Source: Callorhinchus milii (taxonomy: Eukaryota). From it: DNA of 64,000 nucleotides. Both the position numbers and the translations under genes were made by a program. Every line of letters begins with the position of its first letter. Position 1 is the stretch's first letter. Positions 12,579 through 25,680 of this stretch are shown one piece after another. The DNA is taken from assembly GCF_018977255.1 (NCBI RefSeq), contig NW_024704743.1:13084001-13148000 (forward strand), read 5' to 3'. The notes below the pieces were generated by a model, which worked only from the letters and a program-made list of their open reading frames with translations, made no database searches and had not been told where the DNA came from.

Positions 12579-13116
12579 TGTGGCGTTACTACTCTAATGC
12601 CCTCATCGCCAGTCTCCCATCCACTACCATCCATAAAATCGAAATCATTCAAAACTCTGCTGCCCGCATTCTCACATGCACGAAACTTCGCTCCCGGATC
12701 ACCCCAGTCCTTGACAGACTGCACTGGCTGCCTATCCCAGTAAGGATCAACTTCAAGATCCTCACCCTTGTATTCAAGTCCCTGCACTCCTCTGCACCTC
12801 TCTACCTCTCTCCTCAAAACAGTACCCGCTGCTTTTGTTCCTCCGGGTTTGGCCTCCTCCTCGTCCCCCGAGTCCTCCGCTCCACCCTCGGTGGCCGTGC
12901 CTTCAGCCACTATGTCCCGAGGCTCTGGAACTCCCTTCCTCACTCCCTTCATCTCGCTCCCTCCCTTCCCATTTTCAGGTCTCTGCTGAAGACCTTTCTT
13001 TTCGACTGCGCCTTTGGTCACCTTCCCCCTGACTCAGTCCCGGGATTCGCTACTGTAAAGCGCTCTGAGACGCCGTCCGGCGTGGAGGGCGCTATATAAA
13101 TCCAAGTTGTTGTTGT
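12579..13116 (+). mobile_element. L2 LINE 3' end nested in CR1
   Basis: YSNALIASLP...IQNSAARILT...LHWLPI..RINFKIL...GRAFSHYVPRLWNSLP; tail gcgctatataaatccaa(gtt)n. Confidence 0.93.
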
Positions 13117-13640
13117 TGGAGGACGGCCAGTAAAATACCTATTTTTAAAAAGGACGATAGAGCTAATCCAGGAAACTACAGGCTAGTCATCTTAATATCT
13201 GTTATGGGCAAGGTACTGGAATCCATAATAAAAGATGGAACTAGTCTTCTGAAAAAGGAGAATATAATTAAGCACTTCCAGCGTAGATTTACAAAAGGTC
13301 ATAATTACCATAGGTTAGGACGTTTTTCACGAAAGAGATGTTTAAAGGGGATCTAATAGAGGTATTTAAAATTATAAAAGGGTTTGATAAGGTTAGCATA
13401 AATTGGCTGTTTCCATTGGTTGGGGAGTCTGCAACGGAAGCACAAGTATAAGATTGCAATTGGGGATCTAAAAGATCTAATTTAGAAGGAACTACTTCAC
13501 ACAGAGGGTAGTGAGATTGTGGAACTCACCGCCTGAAAGCGGTGGTTGAATCAGATAGTGTAGATGAATTCAAGAGGGGTGGGTGGAGACTTGTGTGGAG
13601 TATAAACACTAGCATGGACTAGTCTGTTTCTGTTGGGTAC
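13117..13640 (+). mobile_element. CR1 LINE continuation (RT start, internal deletion, 3' end)
   Basis: WRTASKIPIFKKDDRANPGNYRL continues GIVTED from 12577; later GDLIEVFKIIKGFD and FTQRVVRLWNSPP. Confidence 0.9.
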
Positions 13641-16600
13641 ATTCTTTGTAAATCGTTGTAAACTGAACACAAAAAACAAGAAATTCCTTTTTCCATAGTT
13701 ATGGTATTTGTTATACATTTGATAGCAATCTACACAATTGTGGCTGTGATCTACTGGCAAATATTAACTGTAAGCTGTGTCTCTTGCAGTAAAAATAGCC
13801 CTGGAACTGTTGGAGAACATGATGCAAGTCACACTCATGCAGTGTAAATGTAGCAAGTGCAAATCACACTGGGCTCAATTCCCATTCCCTATCTGACGCT
13901 CTGGACCAATCTTTGAGCTGGTTCAGGAACTTTGTGCAGACCACTTTTAAATACTAATGTTATTCAAGAGCCAGTTACAAGAGTTTCTATAAGAAATGCA
14001 GGGTTCTGGTTAATCAAAGATGCATGAAAGAAGTTCCATCACTTAAATATTCATTGAAATAAGCCAGTTCAATACGGCACAATAAATTACAGCGTCACAT
14101 TTCTGTAAAATAAAATCAATTTCCATAAGGGAAGTAAGGTCTCTTAACCACATTTTTGTAATAAGGTGCTAATGAACTTTTAATAAGTTTCTTGAACCCC
14201 CACAAAGAACATAATGAATAAAGCTTCTCAGAGAGTTGTGTGCACTTCGAAAACCAGACAGCTTTGGAACATAAAGCTGTGCAGGAGGACTTGGATGCCA
14301 GTCAGTCATAAAGCTACACATTCACACGAGCCAGCAATTAAAATGGGAGTGAAGTGCTTTGCCCCTGGAGTTGGATTCATTATAAAATGATTACTTTTTA
14401 AATCTATTTTCTTTATGGAAGAAAATGCTATCAATTATGGGACAAACTGTGAAAACCAGACTAAAATAACAATGCTCCAGTTTTACACCGAAAATTCAGA
14501 TAGCTTGTTGAAGATATGCATCTCAGATCTATCCCTACTCAATGTCTTGCACAGGGCTCTACAATAACAATAACAAGTCTCTACAATAACACAACATAAC
14601 ACTATTTCTTGAAGTGCTTGATCCACCTTCAGGACCCACAGTAAGGTCAACTCTTATTTTCGCTTGGAGATTGTAAAATAACATGAATGCATTGTCATTG
14701 TCTCCGTTTTCCCTTCTCCCCCAAGCACCTTGCATAGATCTTGAGAAGGTATTCCTTTGGATGAACTACTCTGAGTGATATTCAAAGACAGCAAACATTC
14801 AGATTGATTAAACCTGTGGACAACTCTTTCATGAGTAAGTGATCTTCCTTTTTCCATTCCAACAAGAAAACATTGGAAGTTATTGAAAAGGATCCCACAA
14901 TCTTTTCTCCTCTAATCCTGATCTCACCCACTATGACCAAAGTGCTTGTCACATCATCCACCTTCTGGAATTAAGGCCATTAATCTCAATAGCATAATTC
15001 GTACTCCCCACAAGAGGTTACCCCAAACCCACCCCATCTTTGCAGTTTCTTCAGCCTCTTTTACTCCCAGTCTATATCTCATTCACCTTGGAAACCATTG
15101 ATAAACTGAAGGCACAATGTACTGACTAACAACCTATCCCCAAAAAGGTAACTTTACTTCGAACAGTGGCCTTTTTGCCTTTACATTGTATTTTTTATTA
15201 AAAAAAAGAAGCTGTCACCAACTCTCAAATTATCCATCAACTTGTAACCTCTAGCTTAATCCACAATCACCAGTCTGCTTTCTGTTATAGTCAGTTATAC
15301 ACCTCAAGAGCTTACCTGCAAATACCGTCACTACACTTTGAAGAAAAACTTTGAGACACATTTTGAGAATGTTTCAACATGATCAAATGCAAGCATTATT
15401 ATTTTATTTTTCAACTTTTGACCAAGGAACTACATAGCCTTCGAGATCTTGAGAATATTATTATATTATTATCATCTCCAAAGCACTATGGCCCTTAAGC
15501 TTTCACCTTGCCTGCCTCCGCCACTGTCAAAAGTGGGATTGCACCCTGTGTGAAGGCTGCTATATAAATGCAAGTTATTGTTGTTGTACATCAATATTAA
15601 AAACTATAAAGCACTTTATAGCTTACTGAAATATTACTTTTTTTAGAAAACAAAAATACATCTGCAAAAACATTTTACAAACACCATTCTACATTATTGA
15701 AATGCTAGTGAAATGAAGTCTTCCTCTAATCTGCTATCTTAAATTTTCCACTATTCTGTCATCTTAAATTTTAAGACAAAATGTTCTTGAGGCTAAAATT
15801 AGGTGAAATTTGGACGAATAATATCCAGTTTTTAAAATATTCACAACATTTCTACCACTTCTGCCCCACCTGGCCAAATGTTATCAAATATTTATCGCTG
15901 TATAAAAACGAAAGTTCTTTCCCATATCAGTTTACCAATTCTTCACAATATAAATTATTACCTCAGTTTTGCTTTGCTAGTTTAACCTGAAATACTACTC
16001 CCGGTTTACTATACCTATAACTTTTTACATAACTTCGAATAAGATTCTCTCTCCCACCCTCTTTCCAGAATGTAAGATATTAAACTTCTCCACTGTTTCT
16101 TCGCATCTCAATGTCTTAAATCGGGGATCCACCTTATTGCTCTTCATCCTCTGTACATCCTCTTCAAAGCTTGTGCTTCGTCATAGTGTGCCGACCACAA
16201 CTGAATGGAACTTTACAGATCAAATGGCAACCTCCCGACAGTGTTGAAACGAGCAGACTCCAACATTCATCGACACTTTAAATAAACAGTATTCTTTTTT
16301 CAAAAAAAGCGCTGCTACAAATCCACAAAGTCTCTCTGTAAATGTTTTTAATTTCTGTTAAGTCAAAAAAGTCCCTTTGAAACAAGGGGAAAACCTACGG
16401 ATCTTAGTAACACTGCTGCCCTTGATGTTTCTCCACTCCTCCCTATGAATTTGTGATGCACATGATGCAAATTATAATGCAAATTGTGATGCATTTCAGA
16501 GAGTGACGCAAAATGAACACTTTTTCATTTTAGGCAAACAGCACTGTTGTCAAACACCTGTAGGCATTATAATTGGATACAAATTAATATGGCTTCATAT

Positions 16601-16974
16601 TACGAGTTTCCTAAGGAGGCTAGCCCAATTCTGGAAGCAACTCATAACGTTAAATGGTTGGTTTTCCCAGCACTGAATTTCAAAAGACATGAAGTCCAAT
16701 CTCTCATTGGCTTCAGAAATAGCAGGTCCATCTCCATAACGAAGAGCTGTGGTGCTGCAAGAACAGGACCCAACATGCTGCAATATTTTGCAGATACGTT
16801 AATGTCTTGATGGCATTTTGTAATTATCATAGTGCCATCAGAGTTTTATGCATATGTGAAAAGTTGTTAGAAATAAACTTTTATAATCTCCGCTTCTCAA
16901 ATAATGTAGTGGAACCACGAAAATGGTTCGGGAGCAAAGTTACCTGAAATTCGGACAAGTGCTTTCTCATAACC

Positions 16975-17180
16975 TTCACTATCGGCTTTTTTTTGGAGAG
17001 ATCATTACTCCCAGAAAGTGATCCGCCAATCGACTAACAACAGGGTTTCTACATAATATTAGGTAAACAGAGGCATGTGGAGTAAGGAAATTTGCCTATG
17101 GTTTCGTGCCACCGGAAATCAAACCTGGGTCCTCTCGCTTGTGAGGCGAGTGTACTAACTGCTACACTACGCAACTCCAT
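16975..17180 (-). mobile_element. SINE family A, old long subfamily, head plus central domain
   Basis: Minus-strand head gtagtgtagcagttagtacactcgcctcacaagcgagaggacccaggtttga resembles vertebrate tRNA-Val(CAC); central gcctctgtttacc...gttagtcgattggcggatc. Confidence 0.85.
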
Positions 17181-18714
17181 GCGTGCATTTCAGTACCTAC
17201 GTCAAGAAGTTTGCATATGCATAGAACATCGGTCATCACAAGTTCCCATCAGAGGCTCAGAGACTCAGTGACGGTAGCAGGGGCTCAGAATGCAGAAATT
17301 CCTACAATTTCTACTGTCAGATCCATAATGTATAAACTGCATATGTTCTATCAACATTGTTCCGCAGGACCAATCCCAAACGCAGACCTATCGCAACAAC
17401 ATCAGTGTGACACTTGCCATTTTCTAAATGAATGAAATTGTCAATCAGTGGTCCTTGCTCTCGACTTTCATTAACAGTCTACTCACAATGATTGATGATT
17501 TTAAAGGAACACAGATAGCAATGTTGCACTTCAATTTTACCTTGCTACACCTTTTCTAAAATTCATGCTGCACTTCACAACCAACCACATTGCACTTTAC
17601 TCCAACAGCAAGGCATGTATTGAAATAACGTTAATTCCTGCTCAATACAGAGTCATTCAGGTTAGGAGCTGAGATACTATAGTTGGCCTCGGTGTCTCTG
17701 GGGAGAGGTTTGTCTCAGTATCTCAGGAAAAGGGAATTTTTTAAAAAAGCCAGGTGTCCTGCTTTCAATCAGAGCAACTTACATTTGTAAAGCGCCTTTC
17801 ATGTTAGGAGGACGTGAAAGGCGCTATACAAATGTAATTTGTTGTTGTCACAAGCTAGTCATCCTTGCTGGAAGTGCAGAAATGTCAGTAAATGTCAGGC
17901 AAGAACTGAAATGCTGCTCAGTAGTAAAGCCATCAATTTGTCTTGACACCACTTAACGAATCCGTACTTGCTTTGTCCTTCACCCACAGGCCTACATCCT
18001 GAGTCAGTACTTTCAGGAGTAAAAGAGGAAAAAAACTTGGTAGGCGAGTGGTGGGGGTAAAAGAAATATTTACTCAATTATTACCCATCATAGAAAGTAT
18101 AACTGAGCAACAAATACATGCTGGTATCTAATGCAGCCAATTGTCAGAACCCATGGATTTTCGAAACAAGATGCTTAATTATCACATTTAAATGAAGAGA
18201 TTATAGGCTCGTTTCCGGGAAACTCAAATTATCATACTAAATTCATGTGCCTTTTGTGTGGGTTTCCTGTTCTTCTGGTTCATACAGGAAAATTCCCTCA
18301 CTCACACAGATTCCTTCAACTTTGCTGAAGATGACTGACTAAAGCCAAATAAATCAGCTTAGTAAATTCCAAAAAAAAAAAATTCTCCTCTGAATTTAGC
18401 TCAAAATATCTGAAGAACTCCATCTCAAACCTATTTTCTGATAAAGTCAGAAATCACAAAGCTTCTATCTGAACAGTATGTTTGCCACTGAAAGATAAGT
18501 GTAAATACAAATTAATACAAAGAAAACATGCTAACTACTAGAAGCCATTTATCTAAAAAACTGCAGAAAAATGTCTTCCAAATCATGAAAGAATCTAAGC
18601 AATTTTCACAATTTTGCAAAATCATTTAAGTGTTAATGCAAAATGTTTTTAGATTTTAGTTTTTAGACTTAATGCAGAATGTTTACAGTAATGCTGTAGG
18701 CTCCATGCAATTCT

Positions 18715-18856
18715 ATAATAATATTCCTTGCATTTGATGTAGCGCTTTTCACATCTTCTAGACGTCTCAAAGCGCTTCACAAATATACTGTAAAGTGAAT
18801 TGACTATATTTGTGGGCGAAATGTGGCAGTCAATTGCGAAGTGTCTTACAAACAGT
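18715..18856 (-). mobile_element. SINE family A, 3' half, split by CR1
   Basis: Tail ccttgcatttgat...aagcgcttcac...acaaacagt; resumes at 19417. Confidence 0.85.
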
Positions 18857-19416
18857 TATAGAATCATAGAATCGTACAGCACAAAAAGAGGCCATTCGGC
18901 CTATCGAGTCTGTGCCAGTTCTTTGAAAAGAGTAATGTAATGTCAATCCCACACCCCAGCCCTTTCTCCATAACCCTGCAAACACATCCTCCTTAAATAC
19001 CCATTCACTGTGTTTTTAAAAGTTGTTATCGAATCACCCTTTCAGGCAATGCGTTCCAGATTTGAACAACTCGCTGCGTAAAAAAAATCTTCTCACCTCC
19101 CCTCTGCTTCTTTTAGAAACTATTTTAAATCTGTGACCTCGAGACACCGACACACCCACCAGTAGAAACAGTTTTTCCCTTTCTAACCTATCAAATCCGC
19201 TCATGATTTTGAAGACCTCCATTTAGTCTCCTCGTAACCTTCTCTGCTCCAATGAGAATAATCCCAGCCTCTCGTGCCTTTCCTCATAATCAAGGTCCCT
19301 CATTCCTGGTACCATCCTCGTAAATCTCCTCTGCACCCTTTCCAATGCCTATAGTGTGGTGCCCAGAACTGGGCGCAGTATTCTAACTGAGGCCTAACCA
19401 ATGTTTTATATAAGTT
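18857..19416 (-). mobile_element. CR1 LINE 3' end nested in a SINE
   Basis: MEVFKIMSGFDRLEREKLF...SRGHRFKI; (ATTCTATG)-type tail at 18857-18875; flanked by an ACAGT duplication. Confidence 0.92.
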
Positions 19417-19585
19417 ACAGTCGTGGATTGAATGACCAAATTATTATTGTGTTTTTTTCTTGAGGGATTATTATCAGGCGTGTGAAGCAAGGAAACTTGT
19501 CCAAAGTTTCGCCCTGCCAGAAATCGAACCCAGGATTCTCGCTTGCGAGGTGAGTGCTCTAACCACTGAGCTACAGGACTCCACA
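19417..19585 (-). mobile_element. SINE family A, 5' half
   Basis: Minus strand ggagtcctgtagctcagtggttagagcactcacctcgcaagcgag...gggttcgatt. Confidence 0.9.
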
Positions 19586-20499
19586 CATATTTCAACAGTG
19601 ATAAAATGTAGTTACGTTTTAGTTGAGTTTGTTCTCATGGCACTTTACTGTTTGCCTGTTTTAAATTTAGCATATTTCTGTTCTTTTTGATGTAAAAGGG
19701 CATCTCACACCTACATTGGAAAAAATGTCTTGTTAATTCTACATTAGCTGAGAGGATTACTGTACTGCAGCAGATGCACATCATTGGGAGCAACCTTACA
19801 TCAGATATATTTTTAAGATTAAATTCAAGATTAAAGTGGCGGAGGTGGGCCATGTTGTGGAGGTGGAGGAAGGCAGAATGGGTCATGGCATTAATGTGGA
19901 ATTTGAAGTTTAGCCAATGGTGAAACGTGAACACCAAGGTTTCACACTGGAATTTGTTTAACTCAGAGTACCTATGTTTACTGCTCACTGTTAGTGTTCT
20001 TGGTAGTGCAGTGATGATACACAACATTAATTGTTCTGGTACAGTTAAATGAATGATTAGCCTTCTAATGCACTGTTTTGAGAAGAGAACATTAATAATG
20101 AACAAGAAAAATGTTTTGCCTGTTCCACTAAATCTATTTGGGTCCAAAACCTAAGTTAATTTTAATTTCAGTTTGGAATAATCAGCAAATGCTCGCTATG
20201 ACTGCCCAGCACTGAATAAATAAATTGATTGTTCAACCATGAATATGCATAATGGAGAAAAGTGGATTACTACATTAATCTATCAATGAAATCCTGAGTG
20301 AGTTGTACAGAGATGAATGGATACCTGGCAATAATGCAAGGCAGCAAACTAATTGAAGGCTCGATGACTTATGCTGCAAGAACCAAACCCACAAGATTGG
20401 ATCGCTGCTTTGATGTTGCTGCAGGATGTTTGTGTTTTATAAGTACGCATTGTAAACTATTAGGTAGCTGCGTTTTATTTTAGTTCAGATATATACAGG

Positions 20500-21680
20500 C
20501 GAGATTAGTTTCAGTGATACTTGGCTTGGTTCTATCCTCGGTTCCTTTCCTCATCTGTATGCTTCCTCCTTGTGACATCATTCATCATGTAGTTGGTTTC
20601 CACATGTAGTCACATGTACATCAATCTATCCTCGATTCCAGGACCACTGATGTTCTAACCATTTCCCTGCTTGGGGGGAGGTAAACGGAGTCTCCTTGGA
20701 GCTAAACTGTCAACGTAATGTCAGAATCGAGCCAGCCCTCTGTTGCAGTCTTGATAGTCTGGTTCCTGAGCCAAGCGGGTTTGTGCGCTCCAGGGGACCG
20801 CTGATGACTGGCTCATTGTCAGGACTTGGAGGAGTAGACTAGTCACTGGGGGCAGGGAATCATCCCACTCAGCTCCTGTTAACCCTGAAAGTCAAAGCCA
20901 TAATAGGTAGGATAGTCCTAGCTGGCCAAGCAGCAGAAAGCTTGCCAGACAGAGATATCAATGGCAAACAGTGCGATTTTAGCTGGTTAGATTCCAGGAC
21001 TCTGGGGTCCCCAAGCCTTAGCTCTTGCCAATTTATGCCTAATACCTTCAGGGATTAGGTAAGCAGGATGTGTCCCTCCAGGAAGAGAGTGCATTCCATT
21101 CCAGCAATCTATCTCTGGAATTTCCATGTGCAGGTGGGATGCATGGAATTCTCACTTGGTTTAGATGTTCTTAAATATGGTGATGGGTTTTCGCACGTGT
21201 CATGACACCCAGCTGACCAAAAAAAAAAAAATTTGCTTAACATATCAAGTCCTGGCTGAGCCTCAACTTTTTTCAACTAAGCATGGACTAGATGGAAGTC
21301 ATGCTTTGTTGACCCTCATTTACACTTCCTTGCTTCTGGCTCCGACTTGTTCAAAATTCCCGTCCCATCACTCAACTCTTTGAATGAGAGGTACCTTAGC
21401 ATTTGTTTTGACCCTCACCTCTTTTTCCTCCTTCATTGGCCACTTTTATGCATCTTCACCACATCATTTGTTGCCATCTATATCTCACGCACAACATTGC
21501 TGTAATCCTCATTCAACCAGTGGTCACCTTTGGACTTGACATGTCAAATGCCTGCCTCACCAGCCCCACCCTCCAGAAATTTCAGCTCATCCAAAACACC
21601 CTCACAAAGCTTTGCACCCCCATCCCTTCTCTCCACTGCCTTTTTGGCCTGGGCTGCCCTTCATGTCATGCTGATTGAAC
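20500..21680 (+). mobile_element. Old L2 ORF2 remnant interrupted by family D repeat (about 20670-21210)
   Basis: SILGSFPHL and GFHM motifs near 20530-20610; DMSNACLTSPTLQKFQLIQN at 21540-21600. Confidence 0.6.
21030..21210. repeat. Unclassified repeat family D, copy 2 (insert probably 20670-21210)
   Basis: Inverted homologue of 7490-7670. Confidence 0.8.
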
Positions 21681-22889
21681 TGTATGCAATATTAAAGTTG
21701 ACTTGCCAGAGCCCTGTACAGCTTGAATGAGACTTCTGTGGTCTTTAGTCCTGAAATTCCACCTAGTTGTAGCTGATTTTTACTGTGACCCCAACTCATT
21801 GATCTGCATACACAATCTAAAAATCCTTGATGTACATGCACATGGCCCAGCAAACAAATCAATAAACCTTTGCTATTGGAAATAGTATTTCTGCAGCAAA
21901 AAAACAGTAAGAAACAAATACTTCAAGTGTTTATCAGATGATTCATAAGATAATCAATATTGTCTTACGAGAAACAGGAACAAAGGAGTTCAGCAGAGCA
22001 AAATATTGCATGCTGCTTTACGTGAGAGTGGATTGTTGAATACGTTTATTATTCAATCATCTCATTTGCACAATTTGTTCATGTGTGGGAACTGAAATTA
22101 AATTCCCCAAACTCAATACTCAGAATAAACTCAATCAATTTGCCAAAGACGTTATCAGTCTCAGTGCTATTCTGAATATACAATTCCAGGACACATCAAA
22201 CACACTTTAAAATCAGGATTTAAGGGGGAGGAATGAAGATTGAATGGTGTTTTTGTTGACTAGTAATATAACCATGATTCACTTGCCTCATTTGCAATCA
22301 TAATTTGTGGACAACTTATAAAATCGATCCTCAAGGTTAAGGGCCTACAACAGCTTACATTTGCAGAGTTCGGGAGGATAATATTCCCATTTGCCTTTAA
22401 AAATAATCTATCTCAACAACATTATTATGTGGTGGTTGAGAGCTATTGAATCTGGATAACAATATCAAGTAGCGAGTTGCACATATAGCAGTGGCCTGAC
22501 AGAAGAAAAAAAAAGCTAATGTGTTTAATATTTATTAAAATATTCCAGGTTGCAAAAGACTAAATTTATATTTTATTATTGGCAATAAATGAATATTTAT
22601 CAATGTTACATTTTTAAAAAAGGAAATCTTCTACAATGATTCTCCTTATAAGGCTTTTTTTAAAAAAAAGCAATTTAGAAAGCAAGTGAAGAGTTAGTTT
22701 AAAGTGTTAATTCAACTTCGAAAACAACTAACATGTTACTAGTGTGAAGGGTGCAAGTTGTTGTACACAGAACATGAAAAGTAGCTGAGCGGAGAGCACC
22801 TTACAGATATAGCAAAAAAAATCAGCCATACAGTGGAGTTGAATCCCATATTGAGTTATTCAATCTCAGCCAGGATGCATTAGGATCAA

Positions 22890-23065
22890 TAATAATCTAA
22901 TCCTTGCATTTGAAATGGCATATTATCATACCTCAAAGTGCTTCACAGAATATAAAATGAATGGATTGTATATTTTGTGGGTGAAACGTGGCAGCCAATT
23001 GTGCACAGCATTGTCCCACAAACAGTCGTGGATTGAGTGACCAAATTTTTTAAAAAGGGATTATC
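22890..23065 (-). mobile_element. SINE family A 3' half
   Basis: tccttgcatttga...gcagccaattgtgcacagcattgtcccacaaacagtcgtggattg. Confidence 0.85.
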
Positions 23066-24197
23066 ACCCCCTCAATATAACCATCCAGAGAAAGTCTGAA
23101 TGGATTGACCCCAAATGACCATTTTATTCCAACTCTTCCCAACCCTTTTATAATCTCAGACAATGCTAATAGTGTATGTAATTTTTAGGATCTAGAGAAG
23201 CTACAACTTTAGAATACTTTCCAGGAGTAGTTACAAACATCTTTGGGTGTATAGTTTTCAAATGGAACATATCGCAGAACCCAGCTGGTTCCATTTGTAT
23301 CCACCCTGCCTCCAATCAGGCAGAGTGATAGGTGATAATGGACTGTTACATACATCAGTGAATACACAACGTAGATTGTCCCAAGGCGCTGAGACCTTCT
23401 CCTGACGTGAATGACACTATATAGATGCAATTGATTTGTTTGTTATTTTTGTTGTCTGTAACAGATTTAATGAACAGCAATGTCAGTGATTCCAATTTAA
23501 GCAAATCAGCTCTTTTAATTTCAAGCAAACAGTTTTGGTGAGAGAACAGCATTTTTCCAGACAGGAGAGAGACAACTGTAGGTTCAGGTGCCAGTAGAAG
23601 CTGACAATCTGTATTGGCTGATACATTTCCATTCTGGGAAAGGTTAATTAAGTTACACTCATATTACTTGTATTTTCTTTCCCTCCCAACCCCAAAAATG
23701 AGGCAACTCACAGTGTCAAAAGAACAAAATGACCCTCCCAACTGTTGGTCTATGGCGTTGATGAGAAATAGACACTACAGTGGAATGGGGTACAGGGCAC
23801 AAGTATATGGGGATCCCCATAGACTAATAGCCATAATCAAATAGATGCATTTTAAAGAAAGTTATATCCGCACAGTTTCTGTCATCAACAGGAACTGAAA
23901 CAAACTTCTGATCATAGAGCAGTGATCATGTGCGCAGTTCTAAATACTGTTAGCAGCCCAAAAGGTCAAGGCTGATGCAGAACTGAAACTCGTACACTCC
24001 AGATGTGCCTGCTCCAGTGGGTGGGTACTCTACATATATACTGCATCATCAGCAAAGTGAATTCGTCTTTTACATGAAGCTCTCAGAATGAGATCATCAG
24101 TTCTCAGGGTCGGGAGGGTTTGCCACTTGTTGCAACATGTCTATTGTTTAAGTTGTAATTGCTACTTCATTTTACTGCATATAATTTAAGAAAAAAG

Positions 24198-24562
24198 AAA
24201 ACTTACATTTTTATAGCACCTCATCATATCGCAACATCTCAAAGTGCTTCACAGTCATGTACAATGACCACTTTAGTAAACGAACAGGATATGCATTTCC
24301 ACCTTAAACAATATGAAGTGAATAACTAATCTGGAGGATTGTTGGCTAGAACATTGGGAGAAACTCCTTCTTTTACGAATAGTCTCATGGGGTCAATGTT
24401 TGAGGAAGCATATGGGACTTTGGGGTTTAACGAGTCATCTGACAGACAACACCTTTGATAATGTTCCCCTAGTGCTGGTCCAGACTGAGCTCAGGTCCAG
24501 ATCTAGGGCTTGAACCTACACCCTTTAAATTCAGAAACACGAGTGCTACCAATGGAGCAAGA
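24198..24562 (-). mobile_element. Deu-domain SINE, degraded
   Basis: Head remnant gagtgctaccaa and cttgaacc, ggtttaacg, ttgggagaaactcc; similar to 11060-11422. Confidence 0.65.
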
Positions 24563-24577
24563 GTTATCCACTCTTAT

Positions 24578-24880
24578 AATAATAACCATCCTTGCGTTCG
24601 ATATAGTCTTATCATGTCAACAAGATGTCTCAAAGCGCTTACAGAAGTTTACTGTAAATAATAATTCTTGCATTTGATACAGCCCCTTCACACATCTTCA
24701 AGAAGTCTCAAAGCGCTTCACAGAAAATACTGTAAAGTAAATTGACTGTATATTTTGTGGGCCAAATAGAATGATTGTGAGAGTTGTAAGCAAACACAGC
24801 AGCCAATTCGCTTTGAGATATCTCATCAGCATGATAAAGCGCTACATCATATGTAAGGATTATTATTATATAATTATTAT
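24578..24880. mobile_element. Cluster of three SINE family A tails (two minus, one plus)
   Basis: Repeated tctcaaagcgctt(c)acagaa and the inverse gataaagcgctac...ggattattatt. Confidence 0.8.
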
Positions 24881-24984
24881 TTTAGGAGTGGGTAACCCTT
24901 ACTCCATTGGTAGCACTCTTACTTCTGATTTTAAAGATTGTGGGTTCTAGCACTGACACTCCAGTGCTGTGATAGGTGAGCATT

Positions 24985-25495
24985 AGCAATGTCCCAAGAC
25001 TCCATCCTTGCCCCCCTTCTTTTCCTCATTTATATGCACCCACCTCCGACTGTACTCCTCTGTACTAAACTCCATACCCCCATTACAACAGTCCTTGCCA
25101 GGTTCCATTGGCTCCTGATCACAGAATGGATCAACCAAGATCCTTACACTCATCTACAAATTCCTCCATGCCCTGGCACCTCCCTAGGTCTCTGACCTAC
25201 TTACTCCACACTACACTACCTGGTGCTCACTCGGCTAGCTCCAGCCTCCTCCTTGTCCCTCGTGATTCTCCTCTCCACCATTAGCCACTTCGACCCAAAA
25301 CTATGGAACTCTCTCCCTCAATCACTCTGCCTTGCCTCCTCCTTCCTTGCTTTTAGGTCATGCCTGAAGATCTTCTTCGACTGTGCCTACAGTCACCTCC
25401 CTCCAGCTCAGCATCAAGCATCAGCATCACTGTTTAAAGCACTCCAAGACGTTATTTTGAGTGAAGGGTGCTACATAATTGCCAGTTGTTGATGA
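24985..25495 (+). mobile_element. L2 LINE remnant with internal deletion
   Basis: SQDSILAPLLFLIYM (RT), ITTVLARFHWL, PKLWNSLP and the L2 tail. Confidence 0.85.
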
Positions 25496-25579
25496 TGTGG
25501 TCTCATAAACAGCCATTGGGTTTTGATCCCAAACACAGGGAAGTGTTTACTTGTTCACTGTTCCACCTGAACTACCACA

Positions 25580-25680
25580 ACGAATGTCCACCTGCTCGCA
25601 CTGTGAATAAGGTCTGTGCCACCATCCTTGAAACCTAACATCAGTCTATTTGCACGACAGAGAACAAACTGGTTTCACAT
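25580..25680 (+). mobile_element. Possible RTE-type LINE 3' remnant
   Basis: acctgctcgcactgtgaa...aacatcagtctatttgcacgacagaga resembles the C-terminal CxxC..IGL.SH.R motif of RTE ORFs. Confidence 0.3.

Noticed and set aside
12437..13021. 194-aa minus-strand ORF
   Set aside because: Antisense shadow of the CR1/L2 sequence
14725..14840. Plus-strand exon-like segment (also 31423-31470)
   Set aside because: The first has stops in all frames, the second gives an unrecognised peptide, and no plus-strand gene structure supports them
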